A DNA stretch of 64,000 nt from Chiloscyllium plagiosum (taxonomy: Eukaryota). The notes under the pieces were generated by a model. The model was not told the DNA's origin and made no database searches. It saw nothing but the letters and a program-made list of their open reading frames with translations. Location: NCBI RefSeq assembly GCF_004010195.1, contig NC_057753.1, positions 163,439 to 227,438 of the forward strand, given 5' to 3'. A program made the position numbers and the translations under genes. Below, piece after piece: positions 50,023 through 63,088 of the stretch. Positions within the stretch are counted from its first letter, which is position 1, and every line of letters begins with the position of its first letter.

Positions 50023-52210
50023 GCACATCTTTGGACTGTGGGAAGAAACCGGAGCACCCGGAGGAAACCCACACAGACACGGGGAAGAATGTACAAACTC
50101 CACACAGACAGTTGCCCGAGGGTGGAATCAAACCCGGGTCCCTGGAGCTGTGAGGCAGCAGTGCTAACCACTGAGCCACCGTGTCACCCTATGCTTTCCT
50201 TTATTGGTCAGAGTATAGAGTACAAGAGTTGGGAGGCCATGTTGCGGCTGCACAGGACATTGGTTAGGCCACTGTTGGAATATTGTGTGCAGTTCCAGTC
50301 TCTCTTCTATCGGAAAGATGTTGTGAAACTTGAAAGGGTTCAGCAACATTTTACAAAGATGTTGCCAGGGTTGGAGAATTTGAGCCACTAAGGAGGGACT
50401 GAATAGGCTAAAGCTGTTTTCCCTGGGGCGTCGGAGGCTGAGGGGTGATCGTATAGAGGTTGATAAAATCATGAGGGGCAGAGTTAGGGTAAATAGGCAA
50501 GTTTTTTTCTGGGGTGGAGGTGTCCAGAACTAGATGGCATAGGTTCAGGGTGAGAGGGGAAAGATTTAAAAGGGACCGAAGGGACAACCTTTTCACACAG
50601 AGGGTGGTACGTGTATGGAATGAGCTGCCAGAGGAAGTGCAGGAGGCTGGTATAATTGCAACATTTAAAAAGCATCTGGATGGGTATATGAATAGGAAGG
50701 GTTTGGAGGGATATGGGCCAAGTGCTGGCAAATGGGACTGAAATAATTTAGGATATCTGGTCAGCATGGACAAGTCGGACCGAAGGGTCTGTTTCTGTGC
50801 TGTACATCTCTAACTGACCAATAAAGGAAAGCACATCAAACACCTTCTTCACAATCCTGTCGACCTGGGACTCCACTTTCAAGGAGCTATGAACCTGCAC
50901 TCCAAGGTCTCTTTGTTCAGCAACACTCCCGTGGACCTTACCATTAAGAACTGCTCCGATTTGACTTTCCAAAACGCAGCACCTCGCATTTATCTAAACT
51001 AGACTCCATCCGCTGCCATTGGCCCAGCGGATCAAGGTGTTCTTAACGTATTTTGAGGACGTTCAGTCTGGTCTGTAACAGTCGAGCCAGACTATGGCAA
51101 CTCCATCTCGAAGAGCAACATGGGACTCAATCCTGATGTCCATGAGCCAACAGCTTTCCAGTTGATCAGTATCAGTAAGTTAAGATTTTTTTTAAAAAAG
51201 GCTCTCCCAGCCATTTATGTATATGAAACCTTGTTGTGGGCAGATTTATTGTTGCACTTCCTATTATAAAGACTGCTCTTTAAAAATCACAGGGAAACTC
51301 TTGGACACATTTCTCGTGGTTGTTGGGCGCTTATATAAAATTCCAACCTTCTCTCAGCCCACCACCCCCCCAACTCTCCCAGCTAGACACAAATCAAAGT
51401 TACAGCAACGTGAATCCAAATCTGTTGCAGCTCCTTCCCAAATCTGGCCTTGAACTGTTTGCCACCATTGGGAGTTGTGGGTGAGCAGCTGCTGAGCGTG
51501 TACAGTACTGTGCTCAATCAGACTTTTGACCCCAAGAACAAGCAAGGCAATATTTTAAATTATTGGCAGAGAGATGGGCACTGTAAGTTGGGCACTATTC
51601 AAGGGCCTTGAGAAGCTGGTGGTCAGCTACTCTCGAAGTGTATAATGGAAGGATGGCACAGTGGCTTGCACTGCTACCTCACAGCGCCAGGGACCGAGGT
51701 TCGATTCCACCCTCAAGACCACCATCAATTTGGAGTTTGCACATTCTCCCTGTGTCTGTGTGGGTTTCCTCCAGGTGCTCTGGTTTCCTCCCACAGACCA
51801 AAGATGAGGATTTGAGCTACAGGGAGGGGCAGAACAGGCTGGGGCTGTCTTCCCTGGAGCGTCAGAGGCTGAGGGGTGACCTTATAGAGGTTTACAAATT
51901 ATGAGGGCCACGGATAGGGTAAATAGGCAAAAGTCTTTTCCCTGGGGTCAGGGAGTGCTGGCAGGTGGGACTAGATTGGGTTGGGATATTTGGTCGGCAT
52001 GGACGGGTTGGACCGAAGGGTCTGTTTCCATGCTGTACGCCTCTCTATGACTCTATATGCAGGCTAAGTGAATTGGCCACACTAAATTGCCCATTACGTT
52101 AGGTTCATTAGTCAGAGGGAAATGGGTCTGGGTGGGTTACTCTTCAGAGAGTTGGTGTGGACTTGTTGGGCCAAATGGTCTGTTTCCACACTGTAGAGAA
52201 TCTAATCTAA
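50023..52210. mobile_element. Cluster of HE1 SINEs and CR1 3' ends
   Basis: HE1 50023-50187 (-), CR1 50190-50810 (+), CR1 50812-51035 (-), HE1 about 51650-52210 split by CR1. Confidence 0.8.
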
Positions 52211-53179
52211 ACCAGGAAAGACAGAAGGGAAGCAAAACTCCGACGGCACCCTTCACCTGACTAAATTCCACAGACACAACATCCTCATCGCCAACACACT
52301 GTTCCACCAAAGGAACAGAAACAAGACAATGTGACAGCACCCACTCTCCAAACACTGGCAATGTGTGAACTACGTCATTGTCAGAACGAGGGATGGGAAA
52401 GATGTTAAAATTACCCACGGCACGACAGGAGCCGACTGTTACTGGACAAGATCATCACCTGACCCGAGCCAGTATCAACACAAATATAACCCCCATGCAG
52501 CAGACACAACAGGAAGTGCCGCAAAACGTTCAACATTTAGGCAAAGACCACGGTAAAAAAAAAAGCCTCATGCAACCAGCTCCTATCCATAAACCTAGCC
52601 ACCCTCAGCAACACAGAGTTGCAGGATCCTAAAAGTCTCCGGCCCGACCTAAAGACCACCATCAATGCCTGCAAAGACTCAGTCGGACTCTCAACCGGGA
52701 AACACCAACACTGGTTTGGTTGGAGGAGAACGATCAGGAGGTCCTGAACCATTAAGCTGGACAGGCACGGCATTCCTGAGTGCAAAGCAGGAGGCATTTT
52801 CCCAGGGTGGAGGGATCAATTAGTAGGGAGCGCAGGTTCAAGATGCTGGTTGGCAGGGGGGAAGGGGATGTTTAAAAGATACATGCAAGGCAAAGTTGTC
52901 ACACACAAAAGGGTGGTGAGTGCCTGGAACGCACTGCCAGAGGTGGTGCTGGAAGCAGACACAACAGCAGCATTCAAGCAGCACCTGGGCGGATACACAA
53001 ATAGGAAGGGAATAGAGGCATACGGATCCTGTAAGCAGAGTCAGTTTTAGTGTGGAAAGGGCAAAACGTGCTGCCGCAGGCTTGGAGGGCTGGAGGGCCT
53101 GCTCCTGTGCTACCTTGTTCCTTGTTCTTGTTTGAAGTAGAAAAGGCCATTCGCCAGCTTAAGAACAACAAGGCTGCTG

Positions 53180-53632
53180 GATCAGAGCCCGGGTGTCCTT
53201 GGAGAAGGAGCACGCGGTCTCCACCAACACCGTGGAGTTGTTCAGGGAGAGGTGGTCGCAGCAGGGAGTGGAGTCTATTATTCCCCCCTCCTACTCTATT
53301 TTGATTTAATCCCCGCCCTCCCCTTCACTGTTTGATCACACAGTACTGCCCTTTGGTATGAAGGGCACTGCTTGTCACTGGGCACCCTAGTGTTTCCTTT
53401 CTTCCTGGTGGTGGAAACTGAATAAAGCTTTGTACACCTGTTGTCTCACACCTGCACACACACACACAACATGGGGGCTGGGGGAAATATAAGCACTACA
53501 AAATGGGCACCCTGGTGTTTCCTTTCTTCCTGGTGGTGGAAACTGAATAAAGCTTTGTACACCTGTTGTCTCACACCTGCACACACACACAACATGGGGG
53601 CTGGGGGAAATATAAGCACTACAAAAAAAAAA
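53180..53632 (+). mobile_element. Tx1-like LINE 3' end with duplicated 3' UTR and poly(A)
   Basis: RARVSLEKEHAVSTNTVELFRERWSQQGVESII; AATAAA; duplicated ~125-bp tail; poly(A) at about 53623. Confidence 0.7.
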
Positions 53633-53788
53633 TGAACAGAGGATTAATAAATGTACAGGAGATTTAGGATCTCCGCAGAAAACAAAAGAAAGAAGGGAAA
53701 AAAAACCAAGGCAGCTGGTTCCCCACTGAGGCGTTAAAGCGTGGAGCCAAAGAGAATGTGCTGCAGCGATACATCGTTGTCTGCCTTG

Positions 53789-54000
53789 ACTGGAAAGCCA
53801 GTGGCCCAGGAGAGCTGAGAAATGCCACAGTCACAAACATTTACTGGAAAGCCAGTGGCCCAGGAGAGCTGAGAAATCCCACAGTCACAAACATTTACTG
53901 GAAAGCCGCCCAGGAGAGCTGAGAAATGCCACAGTCACAAACATTTACTGGAAAGCCAGTGGCCCAGGAGAGCTGAGAAATGCCACAGTCACAAACATTT
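53789..54000 (+). repeat. 54-bp tandem repeat, 4 copies, inside the RTE
   Basis: ACTGGAAAGCC at 53789, 53843, 53897 and 53947. Confidence 0.9.
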
Positions 54001-56569
54001 TCAGAAAAGGGAACAAATCCAACTGTGGTAACTACAGGGGAAAATCCACGCTGCCGACCGTTGGAAAATTCATTGCCAATGACCTCCTCAACCGTCTCCT
54101 CCCTGTGGCTGAGGAACTCTGCCTGGAATTGCAGTTTGGCTTTTCGTGGCACAATGGATGAGTTTTTTCACTGCGCGATAGCTGCAGGAGAGATGCAGCA
54201 AAAAGAACCTATTCCCAATGCATGGCCGTCTTTGATCTCCAAAGGCCTTTGACACCATCAAACAGGAAGCATCACAGAGCGTCCTTCACTCTGACCTGTC
54301 ACCATCTGGTGCCTGCTCCACCATGACATGGAAGTCGTGACAACGACAAGTGGCTCCACCATCGACCCAGTGCCCGATGGGACAGGTTTCGAGCAGGGCT
54401 GTGTCATCGCCCCTCCCAACAATGTTCCTGACCTGCCTTGCTGCGGTGCTTCACCTCACCGCCAACAAGCTCCCCGCTGGAATGGGGCTAACCGACCGAG
54501 CCAGCAGGAAATACAACCCCTGAACCCAAAGCCACCCCATCCAGTGCCATTGAGCTGCAGTATGTAAACGATGCTTGCGTCCGTTCGGTCTCAGGGGATA
54601 CACTTCCAGACCATTGACAGAACCAGTACGGAGGCATGTGAGCGCATGGCTCTCACCCTGTCACCCACAAGGAAAGGGTATTCTGCCGACCTGGCCCAGC
54701 ATTGAGAAGCTAACCACCCCCCCCCACACCACCCCCCGCCTAATCATCAAGGTCCACGCGGAGGCCTGAGGAGAATGTCAGCCACTTCCAATAGCTGGGG
54801 AGGGTGCTGTCAGCCAAAGCAGCTATTGACGAAGGGAGCCAGCACTGCCTCCAGTGTGCTGGCACAGCCTTTGGTCTCTTCAGGAAAAGGGTGTTCAAGG
54901 ACAACGACATCAGGTTTGACACCAAGGTAATGGTACACAGACCTGTGGTCCTCTCTGGCTATCTATAACATTCACCTCGAGGTGCTGCAGCAATCCCAAC
55001 ACTGCTAGCACAAGATCCTGCCAATCCGCAGGGAGGAGGCAAGCACCAACACCACTGACCTCGACCAGGCCAGCATCGTGGTACTGACTACCCCCAACTG
55101 GCCATGTCATCCGTCGACAAGGCTCCCCAAGCAGCTGCTCTACTCCCAGCTTCACAAATCAGCAGGCAAGCCCCGGGCAGGCAGGAGGAGCGCTGCAGGT
55201 GATACCCGCAAGGCCTCACCGGCCAGGAGTGCCATTCCCACAGATCACTGGCCCCAGGCCTGCCCAAAATGGAGGAACAGCATCTGGGAAGGCGTTGAGT
55301 CACAGGGAAAGGAACGTACTGCCACAGCAATACCCCAGCCACTCCTTCCCATGATCATCTTCTGCCCCAAGTGTAACAGAACCAGTGGAAGCCGCATTGG
55401 TCCGCACAACCACCTACTGACTCAGCCTGAGAGGGTGAGGGATCGATGATGATGACAACCCTCCTGAAGTGCTGCAGGCTGATCACTGCAGTGCACTCAG
55501 AGGGTGTTTCATCACTTTGATCAATCGACGCAGAAGGAAAAGTGACGATGGCAAATGGATTGGAGAGGAGCTCGCACAAGGGCAAGGCGCAGGAGCTGGG
55601 GCTGGGGCTGAGGTAGGTCACGTTCCATTTTAGGGAATGATGGAGCAAGCAAAGGACACAATGTTTGCCAAGAGATTATCCCAATGGATCTGTAAGTCAC
55701 AGGCCGAGGTCAATGCTCTGGGGACCATGGATCAAATTCCATTAGAGCAGGCCAGTCCATTGAGTAGAAATTGTGCAAACATCAAATGTTGACCGGAACA
55801 GGAACATGCAAGTTCACCAATTTAAAAAAAACCCCACGGCCAAACAGCTTTATCCTGTCTAACCCGACCCGGGCCCCTGGCTCCTGTCTAACCCGACCCG
55901 GGCCCCTCGCTCACTGCTGGAACCGCATTCTCAGTATCAATGTTGCCTGTTATTTCCTTTACATTCCTGTTTTTCTGATGACCTCGTATTGAATGCAAGG
56001 CTACACTGTGACTCAGCAATATTCATGCTCTTATCCCAATAAATGGAACCATGAGATGTTTGTGAAATAAAGTTAGTGCTTTCCTTCTCTCGCCAGACTC
56101 TGCAGGTCACCTTTGACTATACAACAAATCCAGCGACATGGGAGCATTTTATCATTGATTTCATAGAGGCCATTCAGCTCACACAGACTCTTGAAGGGCA
56201 TTGCACCCAGACCCACCCCTCTGCCCTATCCCTGTATTTCCCATGGATGAAGGTCATGAAGATCTTTTTCAATTACTGGAGGCTCGGTGTCAAAGTGGCC
56301 TGGGTTGCAATTTCAATCTCATTTCTTTATTTTTCTAATTTATTCCTATAACCTGTGGATTTTTTTAAAAAAAATTCTCTTTGCCTAATTTATTTTTTCC
56401 CCTAAGCATTTGTTCTTAAAGAACGTATTCTGCGGAAGCTTTGGCCCTGAGATGGCGTCATTATGCGGTGACTTGTAAACCTTTCACCGCACCCATTTGA
56501 GTGCATGTGACAATAAAGTTCGTTCAGTTCAGCTCAGTCTTGGTCCATACATGGAGAAAATGCACAGAA

Positions 56570-57830
56570 GGGAGAGTGACTGCCCCTGCCATCAAGTGGG
56601 GCATAAAGGAGCCTGAGAAAAATACTGGCGTCAATGGGGATCACGCTGAAGGCATTCTGCCAGTTCGAGGGATTGCTGTCACCACAGGAAGTCAGTCGGT
56701 CGGTCGGTCATCTCAGCTCCAGGATACCTCTGCAGGAGATCCTCAGGCTAGTGCCCTAGCTGCTTCATCTTATAGGTCAGAAACAGTGAACTTTGCCAAT
56801 GATTGCACAATGTTCTGCACCAGTCACAATACTGAAGGTGGCCACGTTCAAATGCAACAAGATCTGGACAATATACAGACTTGGGTTAACAAAAAAAAGA
56901 GTCGAAAAGGGTTGGCACTGGAAAGGCGCAGCAGGTCGGGCAGCATCCGAGGAGCAGGAGAGTCAACTTTTCCGGCACAAGCCATTCAACGCATTCCTAA
57001 TGAAGGGCTTATTCCCAAAACATTGCCTCTCCTGCCCCTCAGATGTGCCTGACCTGCTGTGCTTTTCCAGCACAAACCTTTCCAACTGACTTCTCCAGCT
57101 TCTGCGGTCCTCACTCTCTCCAAGTAGCAAATAAGATTCATGGCGTACAAATGCCAGGCATTGACCATCTCCAATAAGAGACAATCCGACCACTGCCCCT
57201 TGACATTTAATGGCATTGACAATCTGCAAGGCACAAGTCAGGTACGTGATGGAATACTTGCAACTTGCCTGCAGATGAATGCAGATCAAACCACACAAGC
57301 TGCTTGATACCATCCAGGGCTAAACAGCCACTTGATTGACAATATCCACTTCCTCCATCACTCACACGCAGTGTGTACCATCTGCAAGATGCAGAGCAGA
57401 AATTCACCAAGGCTCCTAAGACAGCATTTCCCAAAACCACAACTACTTCCACCTGGAAGGGCAGCAAGGGCAGCAGATGCTTGGGAACATCACATGCAGG
57501 ATCCCCTCCGAGCCACACAGCATCCATGGCTATGGGCCAAGTGCTGGAAAATGGGATTAGAATGGTTAGTGGTTGCTTTTAACTGGCATGGATGCAATAG
57601 ATTGATGATCTTTTTCTGTGCTATAGATTTCTGTGACTTGGAAGCACATTAGTGTTCTTCAGTGTGGCTGGGTCAGAAGTCTGGAACTTCTTCAGGACGG
57701 TATTGTGGGTCAACCTACAGCACGCGGGCTGCAGCGGTTCAAGGCGGCAGCTCACCACCATCTTCTGAAAGGGCAACTAGAGATGGGCAATAAACGCTGG
57801 GCCTGCCAGTGACGCCCCCTTCCCACGAAC
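56570..57830 (+). mobile_element. Old CR1/L2-like LINE with a nested Penelope-derived hairpin (about 56890-57120)
   Basis: MQQDLDNIQTW peptide; CAGCTCACCACCATCTTCTG...GGGCAATAAA 3' end; inverted CAGCAGGTC...GACCTGCTG arms. Confidence 0.65.
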
Positions 57831-59007
57831 GCGGGAAGAACACTGGATCCAACAAAGCCTCCCCAATTCTGTTCCCCTTTCGGTCCCATTAGCCCAATCT
57901 GGATGTTACTGCCACTTTGCCTCAGTGCGCTTCACCCAACACCAGCTCAAACTGCACAAGAAATGGGAAGACTTCCATCACGGGGTCACGCCAGGCATAG
58001 AAAAGAAAGAAAGCTTCCACACGGAGAGTGACTTACAAAATGGTGGTGGAAGCTGGTCGCTCTGTGGATTATCACTGTGCATCGCCACTCACTGTGTTGG
58101 CAAACAGACCCCTGTGGAGTTTCTAAAGGAACCAGCTCAGTTGTTCCTTACACAGGTGGCGCCTGAATATTTTAAAATACACAAACCAACAATCTGCCTG
58201 CTGCAAAACCATTCAATTTGAGAAAAACGAATTTCAGTCACTGTGCACACTTGGGTCAAAGATGCCCCTGTGACCTTTGGCCTTAAGGACTGTAAGTCTC
58301 CATAGATCTCATGTAAAAGTTGACCCTATCTTTTTAGGGATACAAGTCCAAAAATTGTCACACTGCAGTACATAACCCTGAAGACGTTAAAGATTAGATT
58401 TCACTGTGTATCTCCAAATACCAATGGAAATGAATACCGGGAAGTAACTGCTTAAAGTGTTTTTCAGCTCAAGTTCTGCTTTATTTATTGGAAGTATTAC
58501 AGTGTCCAGCCTATCCAACTGGTACGATTTTGTTCATGTTTTTGGTTTGGCAATTATTCCATTGCGAGTTTTTTCTGTCGGATTTCACTTGGGCCCAAAC
58601 CGAGCAGACCGGTTCGTCTTGTGATGTAGTAGCTTCCAGATAGAGACCATGGTGCAGTGAAATTGCAATCCAAACAAAAAAGGTCAAGGCTGATATGCCA
58701 AGGTCAAAAGGTTCAAATCTCACCAGTGACAACTGGCGATTTCAAATAACATACCTGGGATTGAAAGTTACTCTCGTTGATTGTGGCCATGAAACGATCG
58801 TCGCTTGTTATAAAGACTGTTTCACTTCTGCTCTTTGAGGGAAGGAAATCTGCTGTCCTTCTCCATCTGGCCTATCAGTGACCCTGAACAGCCCTTTGAA
58901 AATTCCATGGAGAGGACAAAGAGAAAAGGCTGACCTCATGACTTTTTGGTTTAAAAAACTGGTCTCAAAATCAGACCTTTTCAAGCATGAATGTGCGCAT
59001 GATTTTA

Positions 59008-59672
59008 AAGAATCATAGTATCTCTACAGTGTGGAAACAGGCCATTTGGCCCAACGAGTCCACATTGACCCTCCGAAGAGTAACCTACCCAGACCCGCAT
59101 CCTTACCCTATTACTCTACATTTACCCTGACTAATGCCCCTCACCTCCACATCCCTGAACACGGTGGGGCAATTTAGCATGGCCAATCCACCCTAACCTG
59201 CACACCTTTGGACTGTGGGAGGAAACCGGAGCACCCAGAGGAAACACACACAGACATGAGGAGAGGGGGAAGAATATGCAAACACCACACAGTTATCCGA
59301 AGCTGGAATCGAACCCGGATCCCTGGCGCTGGGAGGCAATGGTGTTAACCACTGAGCCAGCATGCCACCTACAAAAGCAAGCGCTAAATTATTTCAAATC
59401 ATAGAATCCCTACAGTGTGGAAGCAGGCCATACTGACGCTCCGATGAACATTCCATCCAGACACACCCTATAACTCCGTATTTGCAACGGCTGACCCACA
59501 CAACCTGCACATCTTTGAATTGGGGGAGGAAACCCAACAGACATTGGGGGGGGAGGGGGAGGCGGCGGGGAGAAATGTGCAATCTCCACACAGACAGCCA
59601 CCCAAAAGTGGAATCGAACCCATATCCCTGGTGCTGAGAGGCATCAATGCTAACCAGTGAGCCACTGTGTTG
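59008..59672 (-). mobile_element. Two HE1/V-SINEs
   Basis: Tails ATCATAG.ATC.CTACAGTGTGGAA, V-domains, heads. Confidence 0.85.
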
Positions 59673-60574
59673 CCCTTTTACAAAACGCATCGATAGCAAT
59701 GATTGAAATGCGCATCCTACTGGTGACAAACCAGCTTTCAGTAAGACTGCAGCTCAGCTACTAGCATTCCCAAATAAAGGAAGGGATTATACATAACACA
59801 CACGCATAAAACAAACAATTAAAATTACCCCAGTTGAAGGTACGAGGAGCAGGGGGCACAGGTGTAAGGTTTTTGGGCAAGAGGTGTAGGAAGGCTGTGA
59901 AGAGGATTATCTCGACGTGCCCCTCCAACCTGCCCCAGTGAGTGATGACCACCCTGATGAATCACAGCAGGAGTGAGCCACTCGGTGCCTCAAACCTGAT
60001 CAGACGTTCAACAACAATTTGGTTCATGGGATTAAGCCTTCCCGCGTATCCCCGAAAACCTTCTACCCCCTTCTTTATCAACAACTCACCTGTGCCTTAA
60101 AAATGTTCGAGATAAGGTGAATAGTGGAAGGTCTTTTCCCCAGGATGTGGGAGTTCAAAACCAGGAAGCATAGATTCAAGGTGAGAAGGGAAAGGCCTAC
60201 AACCTTCTCACACGGTAGTGCGTTTATGGAATGAACTACCAAAGGCAGTGGTAGAGGCTGGTACACATACAACATTTAACAGACATTTAGGCAGCTACAT
60301 GAATAGGAAAGGTTTAGAGGGTTATGGGCCAATTGCAGGCAAATAAGACTAGTTTGGGAAACCTGGTCAGCATGCGCCAGTTGGACTAAAGGATCTGCTT
60401 CTGTTGTGTACACCTCTCCTTCCGTCGTGTACACCTCTCCTTCCGTCGTGTACACCTCTCCTTCTCAAAAGGCAGTGAAAGCAGAGTTCCAAAAGAACTT
60501 CAACTCCCTGAGAAAATAATCCTGACAGCTTCTGTTTTAAATTGGTGACTCCTCTTTCTTCCCCCCACCCCCAA

Positions 60575-61720
60575 AAAGAGGATTGATGAGGGCAGAGTGG
60601 TAGATGTGATCTATACGAACTTCAGTAAGGCGTTCGACAAGGTCCCCCATGGGAGACTGGTGAGCAAGGTTAGATCTCATGGAATACAGGGAGAACTAGC
60701 CATTTCGATACAGAACTGGCTCAAAGGTAGAAGACAGAGGGTGGTGGTGGAGGGTTGTTTTTCAGACTGGAGGCCTGTGACCAGTGGAGTGCCACAAGAA
60801 TCGGTGCTGGGTCCTCTACCTTTTGTCATTTACATAAATGATTTGGATGCGAGCATAAGGGGTACAGTTAGTAAGTTTGNNNNNNNNNNNNNNNNNNNNN
60901 NNNNNNNNNNNNNNNNNNNNNNNNNNNNNNNNNNNNNNNNNNNNNNNNNNNNNNNNNNNNNNNNNNNNNNNNNNNNNNNNNNNNNNNNNNNNNNNNNNNN
61001 NNNNNNNNNNNNNNNNNNNNNNNNNNNNNNNNNNNNNNNNNNNNNNNNNNNNNNNTTATTGATCAGAGTACTGAGTACAGGAGTTGGGAGGTCATGTTGC
61101 GGCTGTACAGGACATTGGTTAGGCCACTGTTGGAATATTGTGTGCAGTTCTGGTCTCCTTCCTATCAGAAAGATGTTGCGAAACTTGAAAGGGTTCAGAA
61201 AAGATTTACAAAGATTTTGCCAAGGTTGGAGGATTTGAGCTATAGGGAAAGGCTGAACAGGCTGGGGCTGTTTTCCCTGGAGCTTCGTAGTCTGAGGGGT
61301 GACCTGATAGAGGTTTACAAAATCATGAGGGGTATGGATGGGGTAATAGGCAAAGTCTTTTCTCTGGGGTGGGGAGTCCAGAACTGGAGGTTTAGGGTGA
61401 GAGGGGAAAGATATAAAAGAGACCTACAGCGCAACTTTTCACACAGAGGGTGGTACGTGCATGGAATGAGCTGCCAGAGGATGTGGTGGAGGCTGGTACG
61501 GTTGGGTTGGGATATCTGGTCGGCATGGACAGGTTGGATCGAAGGGTCTGTTATGAGAAAGTGAGGACTGCAGATGCTGGAGATCAGAGCTGAAAAATGT
61601 GTTGCTGGAAAAGCGCAGCAGGTCAGACAGCATCCAAGGAGCAGGAGAATCGACGTTTCGGGCATAAGCCCTTCTTCAGGAAGGGTCTGTTTCCATGCTG
61701 TACATCTCTATGACTCTATA
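60575..61720 (+). mobile_element. CR1 (HER1-like) RT-to-3' end, gapped
   Basis: [16 protein letters not shown]...[30 protein letters not shown] tail. Confidence 0.92.
61553..61679 (-). mobile_element. ~127-bp hammerhead-headed retroposon with a 12-bp TSD
   Basis: GAAGGGTCTGTT at 61541-61552 and 61680-61691; minus strand begins CTGAAGAAGGGCTTATGCCCGAAACGTCGA. Confidence 0.75.
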
Positions 61721-62569
61721 ATTAGCTGTCTGGAGGGTAGTGGAAGGGGGAGATGAACGAATTGAAAAAGAAACCAGTTGAATACTTGAGGGGAATAAAC
61801 TTACAGACAATGGGAACAGAACATAAGCAAGTGTCAAGCCTCACTGAGGTGGTGCGCTGGAAATCAGGCTCTGCTATTCCCACAGGCATCACAAACTTTA
61901 AGGTCTTTAAAAATGCACAGAATCCCCAATTCTCCTGTCCATTAGACCCAGGTTTACAGAAAGCACTCCCAGATTTCCATACTTGGTAATTACTACTTAT
62001 TACAAACGAATAGATGGTCAGCACATAACTCTACAAATTAAAACTCTAGTCCTGTTATAGACTCCCTTTGCAAACACACAAACACAGACAGGAAATAAAA
62101 ACATGAGTGTTATGGGCAGACGGAAAGGCTGGGAAGGCAGCTCAATGGTTTCTGTTCACAACCACTGAGATGTCTCTTGCGTTGATTCAGAATGCTGCTT
62201 TTTGATTTTTTTTCTCTCAGAAAGCTCTCACTGGTTTGCAGGAGGGACAGGGTGACTCATTCACACTCAATGATCACTGACTTGTTAGGTAAGTCATAGC
62301 CTACATCAACTGAGGGAGAAATGTATTGATTTTCTGGAGGATTAAAGTGACTTTTTGCTGCAGAGACTTGTGGAGACCTGAAGGCATCTCCCTTTCTTGT
62401 GCACAAGCCCAGGCTCTTCAGCTACCTGGGAAACAATAACGTACTTCGACAAATACCTATTTTTTTGCCATTGATAACTGGTCACTAGTCCACGGACCAA
62501 TCAAGTACCGGTTGCCGGCTGAATCCCCATTTGTACATGACCCCCGCCTCCAGCTTGGCTACAAACTTT

Positions 62570-63088
62570 CCACTCCTGCAATTGGAAGGATGTTGTGAAA
62601 CTTGAAAAGGTTAATGAAAGATTTTCAAAGATGCTGCTGAGGTTGGAGGGTTTGAGCTATATGGAGAGGCTGAATAGGCTGGGGTTACTTTCCCTGGAGC
62701 GTCGGAGGCTGAGGGGTGACCTTATGGAGATTTAGAAGATCATGAGAGGCATTTACAGGGTGAATAGCCATGGTCTTTTCCCCAGGGTAGGGGAGTTCAA
62801 TCTAGAGGGCATAGGTTTAAGGTGAATGGGGAAAGATTTAAAAGGGACCTAAGGGGCAACTTTTCACACAGATGGTGGTGTGTGTATAGAATGTTACCAG
62901 AGGTGGTGGAGGAGGCTGGTACAATTACAACATTTAAAAGGCATCTGGATGGGCGTATGAATAGGAAGGGTTTAGAGGGATCTGAGCCAATTGCCAGAAA
63001 ATGGGAAGATTGGTTTAGGATACCTGGTTGGGATGGATGGGTTGGACTGTAGGGTCTGTTCCTGTGCTGTGCAACTCTATGACTCTAC
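62570..63088 (+). mobile_element. CR1 3' end
   Basis: GGATGTTGTGAAACTTGAAA...CTCTATGACTCTA. Confidence 0.88.

Larger units (their letters stand above)
52240..55440 (+). mobile_element. Ancient RTE-clade LINE, heavily disrupted, with nested insertions
   Basis: NYVIVR..DVKIT.GADC (EN end), KGNKSNCGNYRG, GFEQGCVIAP (RT), RLPKQLLYSQL, CPKCNRTSGSRIG C-terminus. Confidence 0.8.

Noticed and set aside
48930..50391. Long ORFs here and at 31565-32339, 33288-34037, 39190-39958 and 41607-42108
   Set aside because: Artefacts of reading through N gaps.
53466..53485. CA followed by TGGGGGCT, resembling an LTR end plus tRNA-Pro PBS
   Set aside because: Only 8 nt match, and it lies in a Tx1-like 3' UTR ending in poly(A).
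60597..61564. Intact active reverse transcriptase gene
   Set aside because: 5'-truncated, gapped and frameshifted CR1 copy.
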